Positions 11,600 through 24,900 of a stretch of 64,000 nucleotides of DNA are shown here, in pieces. Within the stretch, counting starts at the first letter, position 1. Every line of letters starts with the position of its first letter. The stretch spans positions 20,708,001 to 20,772,000 of the forward strand of contig NC_092352.1 of NCBI RefSeq assembly GCF_963676685.1, read 5' to 3'. The position numbers and the translations under genes were made by a program. Source of the stretch: Mytilus edulis (taxonomy: Eukaryota). Below the pieces are notes generated by a model, which was not told where the DNA came from, ran no database searches, and saw nothing but the letters and a program-made list of their open reading frames with translations.

Positions 11600-13716
11600 A
11601 TATTCTATTCTATTCAACCATATAGTGACCGCCTTCAACAAATTGAAGATTATGTCATAGGAGGAAACTTACAACAAGACATAGATTGAAAAATGTACAA
11701 TTTTAAAAAAATACGAAGAATTAAAAAAAAAAAATGTTTTTTTTATAATAAAGTAAGATGTTGTAATTGAGTTAATATTGATGCTTTGAAATTGAAGATT
11801 TGAAAGAGTCTACTGAAGTGCAATTTACAATGTTATCTGATAGTTTGTTCCAATCGGTAATAGTTCTTGGAAAATAGGATTCTTTTCTGTACTGTGTTTT
11901 GCAGGATGGAATTTGGAAGCTGTTCGAATTAGAATGTCTTTTTTGTCTTTTTTGTGGAATTAATTTATTATTTTTAGGAATTGCAATCTTTTCGTGTTCA
12001 ATTTTGTAAAGCATAACCAATCTGGAGTCTTTTCTTCTGTCAGAGAGACTGCGCCATTCAAGATGTTGGAACATGTTACCAACGCTTGAGGTGTTTCTGT
12101 CTTTGTTGGTAACAAAATGTGCAGCCCTCCTTTGAACTTTTTCAATGCTATCTATGTCTTGTTGTAAGTATGGATCCCAAACAGAGCAAGCATACTCTAG
12201 TGATGGTCTTACTAGGGACTTATATGCTTGCTCTCTAATGGATGTTGAACTTATGTTCAGGTTCCTCCTAAGAAAGCCTAGTGTGCTATTAGCTTTCTTG
12301 CATATGTTGTTAATATGCACATCCCATTTAAGGTTGGAACTGATGGTGACCCCCAGATATTTTGCTGTTGTTACATGTTCTAATGAATAATTGTGTAATG
12401 TGTAGTTAAATGTGATTGGTTTTTTTATTTCTGGTGACTGAAATTACATTACACTTATCTGGGTGGAATGCCATTTTCCAAGTAGTTTCCCACGATGCCA
12501 GTTTGTCAAGATCTTTTTTTAATGTTGATGCATCGGAATTTGATTTTATTGCCAAATAAACTATTGTGTCATCTGCAAATGAACGTACTGTAGATGTTAA
12601 ACCAGTTGGAATGTCATTAATATAGTACAAGAAGAGACTTGGTCCAAGAACTGACCCCTGTAGAACCCCTGACTCAACTGCAACATACTCAGATTTTTTC
12701 CCCTCTAGAACGCCTGTTTGCGATTGCTAAGAAAAATTTTGTATCCAGTAATTTAATTCCCCCCTGTATCCCGTGATGAAGCTTATTAGTTAGAAAAGAA
12801 TGTGAAACTTTATTGAATGCTTTAGAAAAATCCATGACCAAAATATCTGTTTGTTTACCGTTTTCCATGTTAAGTGAGACATCGTCTATAAATTCTAGTA
12901 GTTGTGTTTCGCAGGATCAACCTCTGCGAAATCCATGCTGTAGGGGATATAAAATGTTGTGATTATCTGCATGTTTCATGATGTGTTTAACTACGATGTG
13001 TTCTAAAAGTTTGCAACAAATACATGGGAGTGATATAGGACGGTAGTTTTCAGGGTTATATTTTTGGCCTTTTTTGTATACAGGAGAGACATGGGCAGTT
13101 TTCCAGTCATCTGGAACAACACCTGTTTTAATTGACTTCTCAAAGATAATGGTAAGTATGGGTGCAATTTCATGTGAAAGTTCTTTTAAAAATCTTGGTT
13201 TAATTTCATCTGGTCCTGTTGCTTTGTTCGGATTTAAATTATGTAAAAGTTTTTGTATACCTTCTTTTTTTATTATTAATTTTGATATGGGTGGAAAAGG
13301 AGTATTCTGTGGCATGTTACACTGTTTGGCAAATTCTGTATTGGAAATATTAGATGCTGGTGTGAATACAGACTGGAATTGTGCGTTAAGTGCCACAGCT
13401 TTTTGTAGTGGATCAGTTAGGAGTTTGCCATCTTGTTTAATTTCAGTAATTCCACTATAATCAGGTTTTTTTTATGTTTAATCAAACTTTAATGTAGGTC
13501 CAAAATCTTTTCATAGTGCCAAAATTTGTTTCATCTTGTGGTGGTAATATGATGCTTTCAATGTATTCCCAGTATGATTTTCGTATACTTTTCTGCACCT
13601 GGTGTTTAACCTCTTTGTATTTTTTAGCAAGTGATGCATTCCCAGATTTTTTTGATTTTTTATAAAGTCTATCTCTTTTTCTAATGAGCCGTTTTGTTTC
13701 CATTGTGACCCATGGG
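11600..13716 (-). mobile_element. 5'-truncated, frameshifted non-LTR retrotransposon (CR1/jockey-group LINE RT)
   Basis: ORF fragments with NYRPISL, QHGFR, SGVxQGSVLGP, FADD and LVRPSLEYACSVWDP motifs. 3' end GTTGAAGGCGGTCAC followed by a short-repeat tail. Confidence 0.92.
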
Positions 13717-15897
13717 TGATATATTTATATATTTACATATTACTGAATGCAGATTTCTATTTCAATTTTTCCATTAGAAATAAGTTAAATTAAATTCCTC
13801 TATAAGAATATTTTTGGCTTGTGCATAATAATATAATAATATATCTGCAAATTTGTATTCCAGTGCAATTTCAATTAGTACATTGTATATTTTGTAATTA
13901 ACATAATACTTATACAATTCATATGAAAATAAGAAGATGTGGTAGCGATATGATTGCCTTAGAGACATCTCAACCAGAGACCAAATAACATAGACATAGA
14001 CATGATAGAAGTATTTACTTGTAACTGAATGAACTTTAACATGTAGGTAAATTTGTAATATTTAATTATATATCTCCATGTTACCTTCACGAAAAATTAA
14101 CTTACATGTAAATACAGGTAATTTTTTGTAAAACACTTTTAATTTTTATAAGTTTTGTGAGGTCAAAACATACATGACATATGTACCAAATTTTCTGGCT
14201 TGCAAAATTTTAAAATAAGAATCAGCCTTTTTTTATCTCAAGAACTTAACACAGAATCCTGATAGGCACAGATCTTCTTGTCACATTTTCATGTTAAGAT
14301 CTTATGAAAACTTCAAAAAGTCATTTTTAAGAGGTATATCCAACCCAGAGGGATTTACCCTATACAGATCAGAGTTTTGACAAACTAAGCAAATACATAA
14401 ATATAAACAAGATGTTTATTGAAAAGACATATGGCTGAATATAAAATACATATTAGAAATAATTAAATATGGTGGTGGATACTTCACTTGTTGTTTTAAT
14501 AAAGGTTGAATATTTGCAAGCCAAAGTATGAGCGTCTGCTCATTTCAAATCCTAGGCTACAGACTGCCCTGCAACGTCATACTTATAGTTCCTAGGGACG
14601 ACGAGCCTGGCCAGGCCGGATGTCAGGAATGTGCAAGAAAGAGGAAGTCCCCACAAGAATAATTACATGGCCCGTCTCAGGAGAAAGAGTTACGGAGCTA
14701 TAACTAACATTAAGAAATTTCCCCAAACAAAAAGAATAATTAATAAGTAAAAAGTGACCACCATTACAGTATGTTGACTGTTGTACACAGTAAGTGACTT
14801 AATCCTAGGATTGTGCAATGTCATAATTATTGTATGTATGTATGTACTGAGATTCCGCCAATTAAGATGCACCCCTTGATTGACTGCAAGGGTACAGCGG
14901 ATCCATGTACACTCCCTAAGGATTAATGGAGATGTGTCCTTTACAATATTATCCCACCACCAGAACAATCCCCACCCAACACCGCCCAAGGGAGCCTGCA
15001 GGACACCGGGAAGTCTGTTATTATGGTGGAGGAAGCCGAAATTTTACATTGTACTAATGAACTCAAAATCGTTCAAATTTTTTTTGTCGTGTTTTGAAAT
15101 CCCGGACCAGCGCAGAAATGTACAATGTACTTCCTTTTTCCGGTCTCGTTTGTATGAAACTTTGAGTAAAATATATATTTATCAGTCTAGTGTAAAATAG
15201 GAAGGAACGCGCAATACCAATTTCATTTTTAATAATTCCTTGATATGAAAAAACGTTACCTGATGATAGCGTTTCTTTGTTTACATTGCATATGACGTCA
15301 TAATTTAAATAACGTCACAACTAAATCCCTAACAACAGAACCAAAATCGGAAACGTTACTGTATTTTCGTTTCTTTTTTTTTAAACAAATATTTAAGTTA
15401 CAAAAAAATAATTCATACAGACTTCGTCCCCATTTACAGGTAATGTCTGCCTCATATTATGTTCCAATTAAATATTTGATGTGATTTAATTTTACTGATA
15501 ATAGGTAAGAAACTGATGTATAATAAAAAAAAATCAAGGTGAGATACGCATTTGTTGTAGCAAGAGAGCAATAAATTATCCCAAACTTCAGATTTAAAGA
15601 AAATGTCATAAACTTTACAAAGAGACGAAAATACACAAGCAAGGGAGTTTAATCAGTTTTCACAGTGACAAATTATCAAGCTTATTCTTAAACTTCATTA
15701 ATTTGAGGATCTTACATGGTAGAATAATAGTGATTATATTTATTTCATAGCAGATGCTGGAAGGTTTTGCTTTTCATCCGTCAGTCTTCATCTGGTTTGA
15801 TCACCCATACTTTGACAGGGAACCAGTTCAAGCAAAGTTGTCGCCCTTCAGTTTATTTCCTACACGTGTGGATCATAAACATTGACTGGTAAATGAT

Positions 15898-15917
15898 ATG
15901 TCAGCCTTAAAAACAAG
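15898..15917 (+). CDS. TBL3: TBL3 exon 1 (MSALKT-S)
   Basis: ATG TCA GCC TTA AAA ACA AG|GTAAAG. Phase 2 fits exon 2 and gives LKTSFAV, resembling the FKTNYAV start of TBL3. Confidence 0.7.
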
Positions 15918-18900
15918 GTAAAGATCACAGTAGCATTGCCTAATTTGTACTTACCATGAGCAACATGATGGGAGGCACATGTGGAGCAGGATATAAATAC
16001 TGTTTCAGGGCACCTGCCTTTCCTGATTTTTAGTCACAGGCACTTGTTTCTAATAATTCTCAGTGTATCCCAAACTCTGTCTGTCTGTTTTGTCTGTCAG
16101 ACAAAAAATCATTCGGTCAGACAGAAATTTTTAGATTTTTCTGTTGAACATGATGGGAAACTTATAACTGACACCAAACAAAAATCTGACGCACTCAACA
16201 GGCAGTTTCAATCAGTTTTCTCAGAACCAAACAAAATCACTGCTACTGAATTTGAAAACAATCAATACATGCAACAGAAAACAGCTAACCCTACCATGCC
16301 CGACATAAATATAACCATCCAAGGTATCTCAAAACTACCGGTACCTCGAATGACCTAATAACACTGTTATTATCCGAATAACACATGTAATGACCGAATA
16401 ACACTTCAAATATCAATATTAACACATTTGAGTGACTTTTAAACATGGAACTGGCTACGGTTACATGGAAATGTAACAATAATAAAAATATTATTGTTAC
16501 ATTGGGGACTAAATGCCAGAATGCATGTTTGGACAAGGAACCGATTAATTACGAATGTAACAATAATTATTGAGGCTACGGTTACATTGCGTTATTGTTA
16601 CATGAAAAACAGCAATGTTCGATGGGACTAGTAATATGTACTAAATAATAAAAGTTGAAGACATCTTATGTTTAAAATACATACAAGTATAACATACATT
16701 TTTTGATTTTTTTATAGTATGTCCTCCATGGATTCTGAAATCGAACTCAGACATCTCTTAAACTGAGTTTTACTATGCGTAGTGTTGTGCGTTTGTTTTT
16801 TTCTACACTGGCTAGAGGTATAGGGGAGGGTTGAGATCTCATAAACATGTTTAACCCCGCCGCAATTTTGCGCCTTTCTCAAATCAGGAGCCTTGGCATG
16901 GCCTTTGTTAGTCTTGTATGATTTTTATACGACCGCAAATTTTGAAAAAATTTTCGTCGTATATTGCTATCACGTTGGCGTCTGCGTCGTCGTCGTCGTC
17001 GTCGTCCGGCGTCCGAATACTTTTAGTTTTCGCACTCTAACTTTAGTAAAAGTGAATAGAAATCTATGAAATTTTAACACAAGGTTTATGACCATAAAAG
17101 GAAGGTTGGTATTGATTTTGGGAGTTTTGGTCCCAACATTTTAGGAATAAGGGGCCAAAAAGGGCCCAAATAAGCATTTTCTTGGTTTTCGCACCATAAC
17201 TTTAGTTTAAGTTAATAGAAATCTATGAAATTTTGACACAAGGTTTATGACCACAAAAGAAAGATTGGGATTGATTTTGGGAGTTTTGGTTTCAATAGTT
17301 TAGGAATAAGGGGCCAATAAAGGGCCCAAATAAGCATTTTTCTTGGTTTTTGCACAATAACCTTAGGTTAAGTAAATGGAAATCTATGAAATTTAAACAC
17401 AATGTTTATGACCACAAAAGGAAGGTTGGTATTTATTTTGGGAGTTTAGGACCCAACAGATTAGGAATTAGGGGCCAAAAAGGGACCCAAATAAGCATTT
17501 TTCTTGGTTTTCGCACTATAATGTTAGTATAAGTAAATACAAATCTATGAAATTTAAACACAAGGCTTATGACCATAAAAGGAAGGTTGGTATTGATTTT
17601 GGGAGTTTTGGTCCCAACAGTTTAGGAAAAAGGGGCCCAAAGGGTCCAAAATTAAACTTTGTTTGATTTCATCAAAATTGAATAATTGGGGTTCTTTGAT
17701 ATGCCGAATCTAACTGTATATGTAGATTCTCAAATTTTGGTCCCGTTTTCAAATTGGTCTACATTAAGGTCCAAAGGGTCCAAAATTAAACTTAGTTTGA
17801 TTTTGACAAAAATGAATCGGTTGGGTTCTTTGATATGTTGAATCTAAAAATGTACTTAGATTCTTGATTATTGAAGTTTTTTTGGTCCAGTTTTCAAATT
17901 GGTCTACATTAAGGTCCAAAGGGTCCAAAATTAAACTTTGTTTGATTTCATCAAAAATTGAATCCTTGGGGTTCTTTGATATGCCAAATCTAACTGTGTA
18001 TGTAGATTCTTCATTTTTGGTCCTGTTTTCAAATTTCAAATTCTACATTAAAGTCCAAAGGGTCCAAAATTAAACTAAGTTTGATTTTAACAAAAATTGA
18101 ATTCTTGGGCCTCTTTGATATGCTGAATCTAAACATGTACTTAGATTTTTGATTATGGGCCCAGTTTTCAAGTTGGTCCAAATCAGGATCTAAAATTATT
18201 ATATTAAGTATTGTGCAATAGCAAGTCTTTTCAATTGCACAGTATTGTGCAATGGCAAGAAATATCTAATTGCACAATATTGTGAAATAGCAAATTTTTT
18301 TTTAATTAGAGTTATCTTTCTTTGTCCAGAATAGTAAGCAAGAAATATCCTATTTGTGCAATAGCAAGAATTTTTTTTAATTGGAGTTATCTTTCTTTGT
18401 CCAGAATCAACTTAAATCTTTGTTATATACAATATACAATGTATATACACTTTTTACTACCAACTGATAAATTTAAATAATCTTTACCATTCAGTGATAA
18501 CAAGCAGTTTTTTTACATCTTAATATTTTATGATGTATTTAAATGAGTAGTTATTGTTGCAAACTCCATTAGAAATTTGAATTGATATCAGTTTTGAAAA
18601 AGGGAAACGGGGATGTGAAAAAAAAGGGGGGGGGGGGGTTAAATTTTTCTCATTTCAGATTTCATAAATAAAAAGAAAATTTCTTCAAACATTTTTTTGA
18701 GAGGATTAATATTCAACAGCATAGTGATTTGCTCAAAGGCAAAAAAAACCTTTTAAGTTCATTAGACCACATTCATTCTGTGTCAGAAACCTATGCTGTG
18801 TCAACTATTTAATTTTAGATTTAAAAAGTTTGAAGAAGAAATCTTTAATTGATTTGTAAAATCTTGGCATTTGTTTTGTGTAAAAAAAAACCATGTAATG

Positions 18901-21900
18901 TCAAAAATTTGATCACAATCCAAATTCAGAGCTGTATCATGCTTGAATGTTTTGTCCATACTTGCCCCAACTGTTCAGGGTTCGACCTCTGCGGTCGTAT
19001 AAAGCTGCGCCCTGCGGAGCACCTGGTTTAATGTTAGTTTCTTGCGTATAATTCGGAGTTTAGTATGACGTCCATTATCACTGAACTAGTATACATAATT
19101 TGTTATGGGGCCAGCTGAAGGACGCCTTCGAAGGGTGCGGGAGTTTCTCGCTACATTGAAGACCCATTGCTGACCTTCGGCTGTTGTCTGCTCTATGTTC
19201 GGGTTGTTGTCGCTTTGACACATTCCCCATTTCCATTCTCAATGTTATACATGTACACAGAAGTTCACAGTGTTCAGGGCTCACGCTACCAGGCGACTTG
19301 GGCGAAGAAGTCGCCTTCCCGACCGTCACTTCGCTTTCCCCGACCCCCAAAAGCGAAAACAAGTCGCCCTGTTCTTGACGATAGTCGCTTTCAGTCGCTT
19401 CCGTCATCGGACATTTTCAATGTTTACCAAGTTGATGAAACATCAATTTTTTTATTGATAATTAAAGAAATTCAGACATAAACGATTCATTATCTTTAGA
19501 AAAGAGGTTAAAGCATTGTCTTCACAGTGTGTAGCAGGTTATTTGATAAAAATACAACTTTTTATCACTTCGTGCATTTCCGCTGCTTGTTACTCGAAAA
19601 CGTACACCAACCTCAATTTCGGCGGCAAAATAAGTTTGTTACTTCATTTAAGCGTGATAAAAGTTGCCTCCAGTAAATTTTTAATCCATTTATTGCATTA
19701 AAAACGTCATGTTCCTTTCCAAAAAACTTGTCAAACATCGTTTTTTTTTGTAAATTTTCTTGCATTCGTCCGCCATTGACTGATTTCTAAACTCCGGATC
19801 TGAACCGGACCAGCTATGACCTTCTTCTTCTTCTTCCAAATCTTCACATCCTTTGTAGGACAACCACACCGTTAAGGCATGTAAAACAAAACCCACCACC
19901 ATACAAGTAGGAATATATTTACACTATAATTTGAATAATTCCATCCCCCACCGCTATATACAGGATCACTTTTGTAGTTTCACATATATCTTGTTGTATG
20001 TATTCTTAGTTGCGTTATGACCGAAATCCGTACTTTTACAATAATGGCTACGGACGCACGGATGGATCAGCTGACAGAAGAATATTGATCCCAAAGGGAA
20101 AAATTACGCATTCTTTTGGTTACATCTTATTGATTGGTGTATATAATTCCCTATATTTTTTTTTATTTTTTATGGATTGTTTCAAACTATTGATTAAAGT
20201 TGCTTAACTCTGAGACTATTATACTATATATCAATATATTATGACCGAGCTTAATAACTTATATATTTTTTTATGAGAAACACTGAATGTCATACACAAG
20301 ATAATTTTTAATTAAATTGTAATTAATATATTTTTTTTTACATTTTTAAAAATTTTTTTTTTTTTTTAGTGCTAGATATTTAGTTGGTAGTTTCTCACAA
20401 GCTTAAACAACTTTTAATTTCAAATGTTACTTTAATTGTAATTTTTTTACTCAGTTATGAATTGAACAATATAAAAAGAACATTATTTACATATGGCCCT
20501 TTATACTATTGTAAAATCCAAACATTGTATCGCACCGTGCGAATGAGCACTTCTCTTTCAAATCTCACCACTTCTCCCTATCAGTTTCAAAAAGAGAAGT
20601 CACTTCTCCCTATAATTCTGAAGTAGTGTGAGCCCTGAGTGTTAGTTCACAGTTAGCAAACTTTGCTTTTGATGTATCAATTTTTGGTAAGTGCGTTTGT
20701 ATAGCTGTATGAAATTTGTGTCTTGATATTGTTTCAGTTTCGTTTCAAACGCATCCCATGCAAGTTTTAAATTTTTCACCCAAACAAAATTGGTATTAGG
20801 AATCTCTTCATCTTTTGTTCAAAGTATAATGACAGTAATACGAGTAGGTGTGCAGTTAAATACTTAAAAGTGAACAGTTTTCTCTTAGTTTTTTCAACAA
20901 CAAACCATTGAACTATATTTTTCGCCTTTGGCACTACTAATTTGAAGTAGTATCTTTAAGAACATCAAATCCATTAATAACTAAAACTATTTAAACACCA
21001 TTTGTGGAATAATAATATTTATTATTTATTACATGTATTATAACAAGTATTATTTAGTAGACATGAATGAATTAAGGAACAAAACAATATAGAAGATTTA
21101 AGTTTAACAAATCTAGCGTTCATTGCTGTTTTTCGTGTAACAATAACACAATGTAACCGTAGCCTCAATAATTATTGTTACATTCGTAATTAGTCGGTTC
21201 CTTACCCAACTTTGCATTCCGGCAATTAGTCTCCAATGTAACAATAATATTTTTATTATTGTTACATTTCCATGTAACCGTAGCCAGTGCCTTTAGACAT
21301 ATATTATTGAATAAAATTATAATAGAAGTGTATTTTATAACCTAAAAATGATTTACAAGTTGCAGGTAAGTTAATATTGATCATTATAAATTTATGGATA
21401 TTGGTGTGTACTTCCAAGATGGCGACCAAGGAAATCGTATGGAATGAATAAAAGAAAGATTGCATATGCCTTCCAAGAATAACGCTATGAAAATATAGTA
21501 TTAAATAATTTACTGTATATACAGAGAATTGTCTAATAATTGTTTTTCAGAAAGGATTTGAAAATTTAACCAGTACATCAAAGCAATGCAATTACTCCAA
21601 TCACTAATTACTTTTCATAACAATTTACTCAACATTAAATAAAATGTAATTAAGAATTTTCACATATTCAATTCAAATTTAATTTGATTTCTTATTTCAT
21701 TTAAAATGTATTAAATTTACTTAATTTAAGTTACTAAAAAATCAGAAATAAAAGTAATAAAAGGAAACTCAATTAATATTCTTCTAAAATTAGTATTTAC
21801 GTTTTTTTTATTGCTGCTTTCCTTTATTTTCATACATTAAATAAGTTTTAATAGTGAAATGTTCAGTACCAATTATATAATTTAATAGTGATAATGAGTT

Positions 21901-24900
21901 AATATGTTCCAATAAACAAAATAATCATTACCTCACACTTCTGTTATATTGTTAATTCGGTTGTTGTTTACTGACACGTGCCCATTACATAATTAATCAT
22001 TAAGAGATAATGAAATTATATTACGGTATGGACACTCTGCATTAAACAGGCTTGTGACTGTCTTGGTATACCAAGGCTGCATTACCAACACCAATAATTA
22101 TAATAATGAAAAAGCTTTCTTCTGGCAAATTATAATTTAAGATTAAAAATATGTAAGAACTTTTGGATTATTTTAGTCATTCATTTCTTCTTCTTAAACA
22201 AAATACATTTCACGTGGAGTCATTGAGAGAATATTTCAGTTCATTTGCTAACTTTGTTAATAAACCAACTGACCCACTTCCTCAAAGCTACTAAGAAGGC
22301 ACGGTAACCCTCTTGGTTAGCACAAGGCGCAAAGGAAAGTGTAGCTGTTGCCGAATATTTAGGACAGTTTCCAGGCTTAGCACCTCACGGAAATTCAAAG
22401 TCTGGCGAAGAATATTTCAGAACACCCGCAAGCGTGATGACCGAGATGTCCGATATGCTCTGTAAAGACCGACCGCTGAACGTATATAACAAGTTACTCA
22501 CCACATTAACGAGATTGACAAGATGCTCGCCGGTGATAAGGAGACCAATGTCCGATCCATAATAAGAGAAAAAGGGAAGACACCGTGCCTGATACTTTAT
22601 TCAGATTCTAAATAAAGTATTTTCGCGGACTATGACAGACAGATAAGCCCGTGCCTTGTGCAGGATATCTTATATATATAGTAGTTATAATTTTTTTACA
22701 ATAAATTCTAAATAAAGTATTTTCGCGGACTATGACAGACAGATAAGCCTGTGCCTTTTGCAGGATATCTTAGTAGTTATAATTTTTTTACAATAAATTC
22801 TAAATAAAGTATTTTCGCGGACTATGACAGATAAGCCCGTGCCTTGTGCAGGATATCTTAGTAGTTATAAATTTTTTACAATAAATTCTAAATAAAGTAA
22901 TTTTGCAGACTACGACAGATAAGCCTGTGCCTTGTGCAGGATATCTTAGTAGTTGTAATTTTAGAGTTTTAAAGGGGCTTGGTTAACATCCATTTCTAAA
23001 TTAGAAATATAATAATATGATAAAGATAATATTCTTTTTAATAACTTACTAAAATTAAAACAAAAACTAATTTAAACAGTTTACTATTCCATATATTATT
23101 TAAAAAAGGCCCACCCTCACATTGTTCATTGCCTTGACGTGGCGTGATGGGCTCCACTTTAGTGGTCTAAGATGAACACGTTGAGGGATTGTATGCAATC
23201 TTTCTTTTATTCATTCCATACGATTTCCTTGGTCACCATCTTGGAAGTACACACCGATATCCATAAATTTATAATAATCAATATTAACTTACCTGCAACT
23301 TGTAAATCATTTTTAGGTTATAAAATACACTTCTATTATAATTTTATTCAATAATATACGTTTAAAAGTCACTCTAAAGTGTTAATATTGATATTTGAAG
23401 TGTTATTTGGTCATTACATGTATTATTCGGATAATAACAGTGTTATTCGGTCATTCGTGTTACCCCAAAACTACTTCTAAATTTGAAATCCATCCAAGGC
23501 AAGTCCTGCAAGTGGACCAGACGAACTTAAGCCACGTCTCCTTAGGGAGTTAGCACATGAAATTTCACCAATACTATGCCTTATATACCAAAAATCCTTG
23601 GACACTGGCGAAGTCCCTACTGACTGGCGTACTGCACATGTTTCACCCATCTACAAGAAAGATTCCAAATATAATCCAGAGAATTAATTTATAGACTTAT
23701 TTCTTTGACATGCATATGTTGTAAAATTATGGAACATGTTGTAGTTAGCGCAATCATGACACACACAGACAAACATAACATTCTGTATCCCCTACAACAC
23801 GGCTTTCGAAAAAAACAGATCTTGTGAAACTCAACTTTTGGAATTTGTAGATGATGTCACTAAATATATGGAAAACTCAAAACAAACAGATGTACTTATA
23901 ATGGACTTCTTCAAAGCTTTTGATAAAGTAAGCCATAACTTGTTAACACACAAATTAAATTACTATGGGATACAGGGGAAAACAAATGCATGGATACAGG
24001 GCTTCTTATCATGTTGTACCCAAGCAGTTATCCTAGAGGGTGAGACTTCAGGCTATGTCCCTGTAAAGTCTGGAGTGCCTCAAGGATCTGTTCTGGGCCC
24101 AAGTCTGTTTTTATTTTACATTAACTACATACCAGTTGGGCTAAATTCCACCATACGCCTATTTGCAGACAACACCATTGCATATCTGGTAATAAAATCA
24201 AACAGTGATTGTGAAACCCTTCAAAAAGACCTCAACACACTAGGCATTTAGGAAAATACATGGAAAATGACTTTCCATCCTGACAAGTGTAATGTCATGT
24301 CTATCAGCCGAAATAAAAATCTGTTCATATATATATAATTACACTTTACATGGCCACATTCTTGAACATGTTGATAAGGCAAAATACCTAGGTGTGACAA
24401 TTCAATCAGATTTAAAATGGCACAGTCACATTAACAACATCTGCAATAAAGCAAACAGCACACTAGGTTTTCTTCGAAGGAACATGAGGAATCTTAACAT
24501 CAGTTCCACCTCAGTAAAGGAACAGGCATTTTTAAAAAAAAAAATTTTTTATATAGATTAGACCGTTGGTTTTCTAGGCCTGTTTGAATGGTTTTACACT
24601 AGTAATTTTGGGGCCCTTTATACACAGCTTGTTGTTCGGTGTGAGCCAAGGCTCCATGTTGAAGGCCGTACATTGACCTATAATGGTTTGCTTTTTTGGA
24701 TTGTTGTTTGGATGAAGAGTTGTCTCATTGGCACTCACACCACATCTTCCTATATCTATATAAATCCTTAATCAGACCATCACTAGAATATGCCTGTTCA
24801 GTTTGGGATCCTTATTTTACTGAGGATATTAACAAAATAGAAAAAGTACAAAGAAGGGCTGCTAGATATGTCACTAACCAACACAGAAAAACGTTAGTGA

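Larger units (their letters stand above)
16447..21291. mobile_element. Second MULE-like element (MULE-2) with ~170-bp TIRs, inserted in the left TIR of MULE-1
   Basis: GGAACTGGCTACGGTTACATGG.. / ..CCATGTAACCGTAGCCAGTGCC. 9-bp TSD TTTAAACAT / TTTAGACAT. Confidence 0.85.
16339..23465 (+). mobile_element. Mutator/MULE-like DNA transposon derivative (MULE-1) with ~275-bp TIRs
   Basis: Exact 9-bp TSD CAAAACTAC (16330-16338, 23466-23474). Left TIR (16339-16446 + 21292-21465) is the reverse complement of 23191-23465. Coding remnants at ~22330-22610. Confidence 0.85.

Noticed and set aside
21415-21430. CAAGATGGCG as the TBL3 start or a YY1 promoter motif
   Set aside because: It lies within the MULE-1 TIR (mirrored at ~23235); a better first exon exists at 15898.
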